From contig JAZLAZ010000027.1 in NCBI GenBank assembly GCA_045613445.1, positions 674 to 64,673 of the forward strand: a stretch of DNA of 64,000 nucleotides, given 5' to 3'. The translations under genes and the position numbers were made by a program. Origin of the DNA: Candidatus Enterousia sp. Lineage in GTDB: Bacteria; Pseudomonadota; Alphaproteobacteria; Rs-D84. The stretch's first letter is position 1. Every line of letters starts with the position of its first letter. Shown here piece after piece: positions 57,808-64,000 of this stretch. The notes under the pieces are model-generated. The model was not told the origin of the DNA. It saw only the letters and a program-made list of their open reading frames with translations, and made no database searches.

Positions 57808-57840
57808 TAAAAATCCCCCAAAATGGGGGATTTTTATTTC
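57807..57840. terminator. Bidirectional terminator hairpin (AAAAATCCCCCAAAATGGGGGATTTTT), same family
   Basis: Sits between rlpA (plus strand) and a convergent minus-strand gene. Confidence 0.65.
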
Positions 57841-58664
57841 TTTTTGAATACAGGCAATTGGCCTGACTTTATCAACTCTTTATACTTTTTTATATTTTCA
57901 TATTTTTGTTCAACGAGTTTCTTTGAATCATGATATACATCCCGCACATCATCCATTGTTGAGCAATAAACTTCCATCGCTTCATCAAACAATTTTTGAC
58001 GTGCTTCAAACCGATATTCATACACAGAAACAATATCCGGATAATCAGGCCACAAAACATTTGCGAATTCCAGCCTTGCCTTATCACTCTGCAATTTCAA
58101 ATAAAAGCACAAAATTTGAAATACCAATTCAGTACCATACAGACAGAAAGCACGCAAGCACCCAAGCTTTACCAACAAAATATCCACTTTCTTGGAATCA
58201 TTATAAATATAATCAGACCGATAATCTAAGCCAAATTTATTCAGCACATTATCACGTTCAGACAATTTTAATACAGCTTCTTCTGTTTTTGGACTATTTG
58301 CAATCAGCTCATTGATAAAACTATCATTTTTCTTGTCCAATTTTGGATTATCAATCAATTTAACAAAAGCACGATATCCGGCGATATCACCATTTGACCC
58401 CGCCTTTATATCCGCCAAAACCTGTTTTCTAGATCGTTTGTATTGATCCGGATCTATCAATTTAATCCACTGTAACAACCTGTGCAGTTTTCGTGCCAAT
58501 TTTACATCTGGCGCGGTTTTCCATTTGTATTCAACAACCATACGCACCAAAGAAAAGTTATCACAAAACATACGATGTAATTCCACAGGCCCACGACGCA
58601 TCAGCCGCCTTGCAACCAATGAATCCCAGCACCCTAAACCAACATCATAATTTTCTTCTGCCAC
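57834..58664 (-). CDS. Hypothetical protein, 276 aa
   Basis: Long ORF with a soluble, helical look and no recognisable motifs. Confidence 0.55.
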   Translation of the reverse strand: MAEENYDVGLGCWDSLVARRLMRRGPVELHRMFCDNFSLVRMVVEYKWKTAPDVKLARKLHRLLQWIKLIDPDQYKRSRKQVLADIKAGSNGDIAGYRAFVKLIDNPKLDKKNDSFINELIANSPKTEEAVLKLSERDNVLNKFGLDYRSDYIYNDSKKVDILLVKLGCLRAFCLYGTELVFQILCFYLKLQSDKARLEFANVLWPDYPDIVSVYEYRFEARQKLFDEAMEVYCSTMDDVRDVYHDSKKLVEQKYENIKKYKELIKSGQLPVFKKK

Positions 58665-58678
58665 AGACTAACAAACCC

Positions 58679-61075
58679 TTACTTTTTTACAACAAAATTG
58701 ACCAGCTTCTTTGGCACAACAATTGTTTTAATTATTTCACAACCGTCTAATTTTGTACCCACAGCAATTTTAGCAGCATCAACAATCGCCCGTTCATCTG
58801 CATCGGCCGCAGCTACAAAGTCCGTTGCGCGTTTACCATTTATCGACGCAACGATTGTCATTTGCGTTTCAACCAACTTTGACGCATCAAATGTTGGCCA
58901 CGGTTCAAACACCAGCATATCCGCATGTCCCAGTTTTTCCCACATTTCTTCGGTCAAATGCGGTGCAAATGGGTTCAATACTTGCAATAATGTTTCGTAT
59001 GCAGGGCGGGGCATTTTACCACCAAACGCATTGATATATTCCATCATTGCAGAAATTGTTGTATTAAATTTCATACTTTCCAGACGTTCTGTTGCATCTG
59101 CAATCAGTTTATGTTGCAAACGTTCTTGCTCTGCGGTCATCGGTTCTTCTGTTAAATTATCAGCCAAATTTTCCACACGTTTCAAAAACCTTTCAACACC
59201 GCGCAATGTGTCTTCGGACCAATTCGCACTTTGTTCCCATGGTCCAAGATACAAAATAGCCAAACGACACGCATCTGCACCACTGCGTTCAACAACATCG
59301 GAACTTGGTACCGTATTCCCACGCGACTTTGACATTTTTGTACCATCTGCCGCCATAATCAAACCATTGCTGGTGCGTTTTTTATATGGTTCAACGCCTG
59401 GAACAAAACCTAAATCGAACAACACCTTGTACCAAAATCTTGAATACAAAACATGACGTGTCGTGTGTTCCATACCGCCATTATAGTGATCAATTGGCAT
59501 CCACTTATCTAGCTGAGCAGGTTCACAAAACGCATTATTATTTTTCGAATCTAAATATCGCAAGAAATACCATGACGAACCCGCCCATTGTGGCATCGTA
59601 TCTGTTTCGCGCTTTGCAGGCGCACCACAATGCGGACAAGTTGTATTTACCCAATCTGTTGCACGTGCCAATGGACCTTCGCCATCATCTGTTGGTTTAT
59701 AATCAGACATATATGGTTGCATCAGTGGCAATTCTGATTCTGGCACAGGCACCCAACCACATTTTTCACAATGAACCATTGGAATTGGTTCACCCCAGTA
59801 CATTTGACGCGAAAATCCCCAGTCCTTTAATTTATACTTGGTTGTGCCACGTGCAAAACCATGTTCTGTACCATATTTAATAGCGACTGCAATTGCATCT
59901 TCTTTGCCCATACCATCCAAGAAAGATGAATTTATATGCGCACCATCACCTTCCCAAACAATGTCTGGTTCACCACCCGCCAACACTGGGATAATATCCA
60001 AACCAAACTTTTTTGCAAACTCCCAATCACGACCATCATGTGCAGGTACCGCCATAATTGCACCAAAACCATAATCTGCCAAAACATAATCAGAAATAAA
60101 AATTGGAATTTGACGCCCATTAAATGGATTTGTTGCCATAACACCCCGTAATTGCACACCTGTCTTTTCACGTGTAACATCTGTACGTTCAATTTCTGTT
60201 TTTGCACGTGCAGCGGCAATATATTCATTTACAGCATCAGAATTTTCAATTTTACCTTCGTTCAACCATTTTTTTACCAATGCATGTTCCGGCGCCAACA
60301 CACAGAATGTTACACCAAATATGGTATCAATACGTGTTGTATAAACAGTCATAACATCATCACCGACCTGAAACTTCACATCTGCACCATGCGAACGACC
60401 AATCCAGTTAATCTGTTCTGTTTTAACACGTTCTGGATAGTCAACCAATTCCAAATCATCAATCAATCTGTCTGCATATTTTGTAATCGCCAGATTCCAT
60501 TGCAATTTCATTTTCTTTTCAACAGGACCGTGACAGCGTTCACATTTACCATCTTCCAGTTCTTCGTTTGTCAGATTTGTTTTACAATTTGGACACCAGT
60601 TCATTGGCAATTCTGATTTATATGCCAAACCAGCCTTAAAAAACTGAATAAACATCCACTGTGTCCATTTTATAAATTCCGGATCAGATGTTGACAGCTT
60701 TGATTCTGGATTAAAAGACAGCCCCATTATAGAAATATCGCGTTCAAAAATTTTAATCAATTCTGCAACAGATTCACTGGGGTGTTTACCAATTTTTGTT
60801 GCATAATTTTCAGACGAAATCCCCATTGAATCATATCCAATTGGATACAACACATCAAATCCACGCATACGACGATAGCGCGCCAAAACATCCATACCTG
60901 TATACGGCAACATATGTCCAACATGCAACCCAGACCCACTTGGGAACGGAAATTCGATCAAATTATAATATTTTGGCTTTGAACCATCATTTTTTGGCAC
61001 AAACGCACGTGCATCACGCCATTTATTTTGCCATTTTATTTCACGCTCATGAATTTTTTTGATATCATCTGCCAT
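58679..61075 (-). CDS. leuS: Leucine--tRNA ligase
   Basis: HIGH-type motif (PSGSGLHVGHM) and KMSKS. Start chosen at MADDIKK (ATG at 61075); the ORF track start at 61150 is the alternative. Confidence 0.92.
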   Translation of the reverse strand: MADDIKKIHEREIKWQNKWRDARAFVPKNDGSKPKYYNLIEFPFPSGSGLHVGHMLPYTGMDVLARYRRMRGFDVLYPIGYDSMGISSENYATKIGKHPSESVAELIKIFERDISIMGLSFNPESKLSTSDPEFIKWTQWMFIQFFKAGLAYKSELPMNWCPNCKTNLTNEELEDGKCERCHGPVEKKMKLQWNLAITKYADRLIDDLELVDYPERVKTEQINWIGRSHGADVKFQVGDDVMTVYTTRIDTIFGVTFCVLAPEHALVKKWLNEGKIENSDAVNEYIAAARAKTEIERTDVTREKTGVQLRGVMATNPFNGRQIPIFISDYVLADYGFGAIMAVPAHDGRDWEFAKKFGLDIIPVLAGGEPDIVWEGDGAHINSSFLDGMGKEDAIAVAIKYGTEHGFARGTTKYKLKDWGFSRQMYWGEPIPMVHCEKCGWVPVPESELPLMQPYMSDYKPTDDGEGPLARATDWVNTTCPHCGAPAKRETDTMPQWAGSSWYFLRYLDSKNNNAFCEPAQLDKWMPIDHYNGGMEHTTRHVLYSRFWYKVLFDLGFVPGVEPYKKRTSNGLIMAADGTKMSKSRGNTVPSSDVVERSGADACRLAILYLGPWEQSANWSEDTLRGVERFLKRVENLADNLTEEPMTAEQERLQHKLIADATERLESMKFNTTISAMMEYINAFGGKMPRPAYETLLQVLNPFAPHLTEEMWEKLGHADMLVFEPWPTFDASKLVETQMTIVASINGKRATDFVAAADADERAIVDAAKIAVGTKLDGCEIIKTIVVPKKLVNFVVKK

Positions 61076-61162
61076 AATACAAACCCTGTTGTTATAAATT
61101 ATTCCAACAGGAATTTTAGCCACAACTACCACATATTTCAAGAAAAACATTACATAAAAAAA

Positions 61163-61660
61163 CTATTCATCCATACCAACCGTCGCCAGAATCGATACTC
61201 TAAAATTATTATAATTATCTTTCATTCCATCACTTGCACAATATTTCGCACAGGTTTCGTTACACTTATTTGAATAAGTCCATATATTTACCCACTTTGA
61301 TTCAAACGGATGTATAATTTTACACCAGCATCTGTTACCATCATCACGGCCCTGAAAATTCGCATTTGTATCTGCACCATTTTTCGCATACGGACAACCA
61401 GCATATTGTGAAAAAACACCATTCACTATATTTGGACATTTTGTTGTATCTGAATCCAGCGATATGCACGAAGAAATCCCCGACACCGTCCCAAAACCAT
61501 TATAAAACACACGCCATTCATATGAACCATTATCATACGAAACAGATGTCGGTGCCTTTGGCGCCAAACCAATAACAACATTATTATCACGCGCACACAC
61601 AGTTGCGCCGTTCGCGCAAAAACAATATAAACTCAATAAGATAATCATTATTCTTTTCAT
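61163..61660 (-). CDS. Small secreted Cys-rich protein, 165 aa, CWC-motif family member 1
   Basis: Signal peptide MKRIMIILLSLYCFCANGA. Mature part has ~12 Cys, including GNRCWCKI. Confidence 0.7.
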   Translation of the reverse strand: MKRIMIILLSLYCFCANGATVCARDNNVVIGLAPKAPTSVSYDNGSYEWRVFYNGFGTVSGISSCISLDSDTTKCPNIVNGVFSQYAGCPYAKNGADTNANFQGRDDGNRCWCKIIHPFESKWVNIWTYSNKCNETCAKYCASDGMKDNYNNFRVSILATVGMDE

Positions 61661-61681
61661 GTTTTATCAACCTTTTTATTA

Positions 61682-62158
61682 TTACCAAACCGCCTCAAAA
61701 AAATTATCTCGGAATACATAGCTTTCAATCAAACTATCTGTACATAAACGCGCACAATTCGAAACACATGCATCAACATCATCATACACACGGACAAACA
61801 TTGGATATGTTGTCGCCGGCCGCAACATTGAACACCAGCAATTTTTACCACTATTATCACCAGCCACAACTATACCAGATGTATTTACATCATACATATC
61901 ACCACCGCCTGCAAATTCCGAACACGACACAATACCACGAATATTGCGCTGAGCACCGTACATTGTTGCCAATGTGTCATAATTTACATCAATACGCCAA
62001 TTCATACCATCAATAGACGGAACACCATATTTAACCACCCCATCTGCATCCTTGTCCAATACAATCAAGATCGAATAATCAGCCATACATATTTTCGCAT
62101 CCGCAACACCCGAACAACAAAAATAACAAGCCAACAAACAAAAATGCTTCATTTTCAC
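61682..62158 (-). CDS. Small secreted Cys-rich protein, 158 aa, CWC-motif family member 2
   Basis: GTG start. Signal peptide MKMKHFCLLACYFCCSGVADA. Contains GKNCWCSM and a collinear Cys pattern with member 1. Confidence 0.7.
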   Translation of the reverse strand: MKMKHFCLLACYFCCSGVADAKICMADYSILIVLDKDADGVVKYGVPSIDGMNWRIDVNYDTLATMYGAQRNIRGIVSCSEFAGGGDMYDVNTSGIVVAGDNSGKNCWCSMLRPATTYPMFVRVYDDVDACVSNCARLCTDSLIESYVFRDNFFEAVW

Positions 62159-62165
62159 CCTCTCT

Positions 62166-62942
62166 CTAATTCACCGTATGATACAGCGCATCATTATATT
62201 TAACATTTATCGCCCCCACAGCAGATTCCGGCAACATGTTCACATAACATGTTTTCGACGAACCAGATCGTATATTTAACGATGGCGTCGTCAATTTGCT
62301 GTTATACACCGGTGCAATAACACCTGTACTGGTCCGCAAATAGCGCAACCCCGAAACATTACACAATGCAACACAGTTACCTAAATAATTCATTTCATAG
62401 CCCACAGCACACATACGCAACACAATCATATTATCTGGAACATCCACATATGGATACGACCAAACATACATTTGCTGCTCATCCGACACATGCGAACCAT
62501 CATACCCACCCAAAACACTCAAACCAGACGGACATTCTGTATCATCAGAGGCCAACCGAACCGTATCCGCCGTAAACATATCACGATAACCCGACGGACA
62601 CAATTCGGCATTTTCAGTATACTTCACACATTCACTACCATTATAAAACCCATCATCACACACCACATTATCTTCAGCCATTAGCATATACACACCTTTG
62701 CCTTGGGCCGCCGCTGTGGCACACTTTCCATCAAACGACACCCCACTGTGATAAATTACGCGACGCGTATAACCAGTCATACACTTATCATTATCATACC
62801 GTTGACATCCATATGTTGCAGTACCATCAGAATCACTGGTCACCATTGTTGGAAACCCGCCATCACACAGCACCGTATCGGGCAGGGCGCCATTCGCCCC
62901 ACACATATACACACAACAAAAACAACAGACAATATATTTCAA
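62166..62942 (-). CDS. Secreted Cys-rich protein, ~259 aa from the proposed TTG start; third member of the tandem cluster
   Basis: An internal TTG gives the signal peptide (M)KYIVCCFCCVYMCGANGA, which resembles the CFCANGA signal-peptide end of member 1. The ORF track's 63119 start would add 58 non-signal residues. The start is uncertain by a few nt. Confidence 0.55.
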   Translation of the reverse strand: MKYIVCCFCCVYMCGANGALPDTVLCDGGFPTMVTSDSDGTATYGCQRYDNDKCMTGYTRRVIYHSGVSFDGKCATAAAQGKGVYMLMAEDNVVCDDGFYNGSECVKYTENAELCPSGYRDMFTADTVRLASDDTECPSGLSVLGGYDGSHVSDEQQMYVWSYPYVDVPDNMIVLRMCAVGYEMNYLGNCVALCNVSGLRYLRTSTGVIAPVYNSKLTTPSLNIRSGSSKTCYVNMLPESAVGAINVKYNDALYHTVN

Positions 62943-63249
62943 CCCAACACCCCCTACACATAAAAAAAAACCACCGCGACTTATCAGGTGGTTGGAGTTG
63001 GTAACAATAGCAAGAATTGCATGCTTATTCAATATATTCGCATACTCCAACCAACAGTTGGAATATGTTTTTACGTCTTTTCTGACGCTTGCTATATAGT
63101 GGGTTACCAGCCCAATCAACAGAACACCTGCAGACCCTATTAGTATATCACATCACTTTAACACATGTCAAACACATACATAAAAACACCTAGACTTTTG
63201 TTCCTATTTTCGTATAAAATTATCCCAACATAAATCCAGGGAAACTATT

Positions 63250-63795
63250 ATGTTCATTTTAAAACCATTTATTCTTACACTTATTGCGTGTGCTGTAACG
63301 ATTCCAAATATCGTACACGCAAACGATTTTGACATTGAACGAATTGGTGACTTATTGATGGTTATAACACCTGCATATGCACTGGGCATGACCAGTCGAG
63401 AAAACAATTTCGACGGCACAATTCAATTTATAAAAAGTTTTGCTGCAACACAATTAGCCACCGAAGGCATCAAAGCTTTTGAATTAGAAGAACGGCCAAA
63501 CGGTTCCAATCGTCGCTCTTTCCCCAGCGGTCACACTGCTGCTGCATTCAGTGGCGCAATGTTCATCCACAAACGATATGGATGGCAACCTGCAGTTATT
63601 CCATACATTATGGCCGGCGTAACAGGATGGACACGCGTACATGCAAAAATGCATTATTGGCACGATGTGTTCGCTGGTGCTGCAGTTGCTGCACTATGCA
63701 CATGGACATTAGTAGACAAATACAACACCGGATCATATATTACCGTTTCTGCAGATACAACTGGTGCAACGCTAAACTTTTCAACACAATTTTAA
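63250..63795 (+). CDS. PAP2-superfamily phosphatase (LpxE/LpxF-like candidate lipid phosphatase)
   Basis: The three PAP2 motifs: ..ERPNGSNRR.. (KxxxxxxRP-like), PSGH, and TRVHAKMHYWHD (SRxxxxxHxxxD-like). N-terminal signal/anchor. Confidence 0.7.
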   Translation: MFILKPFILTLIACAVTIPNIVHANDFDIERIGDLLMVITPAYALGMTSRENNFDGTIQFIKSFAATQLATEGIKAFELEERPNGSNRRSFPSGHTAAAFSGAMFIHKRYGWQPAVIPYIMAGVTGWTRVHAKMHYWHDVFAGAAVAALCTWTLVDKYNTGSYITVSADTTGATLNFSTQF

Positions 63796-64000
63796 GATTA
63801 TATATCTAAAAAGATATAGACTTTTAATCCTATTTAGATTACAAATACTTTCGTGTAAGATATACTTCATATATCTTTCACAAAGACATAGTTAGTGGCT
63901 TTGGCTTAGAACACCAAAACATTGATTTTTTGCCTCTGGCATGTCCCGACCAACGTGGTCGGGATGTCGTTATTCGCAAGGATAGCGAGGTCATTTCAAT

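Noticed and set aside
62943-63119. 58-codon N-terminal extension of the third Cys-rich gene as given by the ORF track
   Set aside because: It would place ~58 non-hydrophobic residues in front of an obvious signal peptide. An internal TTG with G-rich upstream sequence gives a normal signal peptide. The extension region also contains a terminator-like hairpin.
1-64000. CRISPR arrays, IS elements, integrases or prophage genes
   Set aside because: No regularly spaced direct repeats, no transposase, recombinase or phage-like ORFs were seen. The secreted-gene islands are not flanked by recognisable mobile-element genes.
63796-64000. Start of an rRNA operon at the window end
   Set aside because: No match to the conserved 16S 5' end (..AGAGTTTGATC..TGGCTCAG..) and no boxA-like leader.

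Overview
AT-rich 64-kb window, most likely from a host-associated alphaproteobacterium with a compact genome. The taxonomic call rests on a GcrA cell-cycle regulator, a CpaA/TadV-type prepilin peptidase, a ybgC-tolQRA cluster, a bactofilin-M23 module and an RNase P RNA. The backbone is housekeeping: dnaK, rplY, rsmD, tadA, gpmI, three tRNAs, rsmH, dnaE, secA, rnpB, ruvB, argS, rplM-rpsI, tig, thyA, lpxA-lpxB, rpiB, bamD, murJ, rlpA and leuS. Several canonical operon neighbours are missing or replaced: no ftsL/ftsI after rsmH, no ruvA before ruvB, no tolB-pal after tolA. Lineage-specific secreted-protein families in paralogous or tandem copies are inserted into this backbone. They are: (1) two PKD-domain plus BspA-like repeat proteins; (2) two ~820-aa cysteine-rich secreted paralogs with a shared CMDQFC motif, bracketing a third Cys-rich secreted protein next to the tRNA cluster; (3) a tandem pair of 726 and 557 aa secreted paralogs directly after an orphan prepilin peptidase; (4) three tandem small Cys-rich secreted proteins with a CWC motif upstream of leuS. 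Also notable are a ~460-bp tandem duplication that created a second small-secretory-peptide gene and an rsmD pseudo-fragment, a family of near-identical bidirectional terminator hairpins (AAAAAATCCCC..GGGGATTTTTT), a 325-bp structured noncoding leader, and a gcrA gene apparently co-transcribed with a 705-aa Pro/Val/Glu-rich bitopic membrane protein. No transposases, integrases, CRISPR arrays or rRNA genes were seen. Product names for the lineage-specific proteins are descriptive only. My manual coordinates, where not cross-checked against the ORF track, may be off by 1-2 nt.
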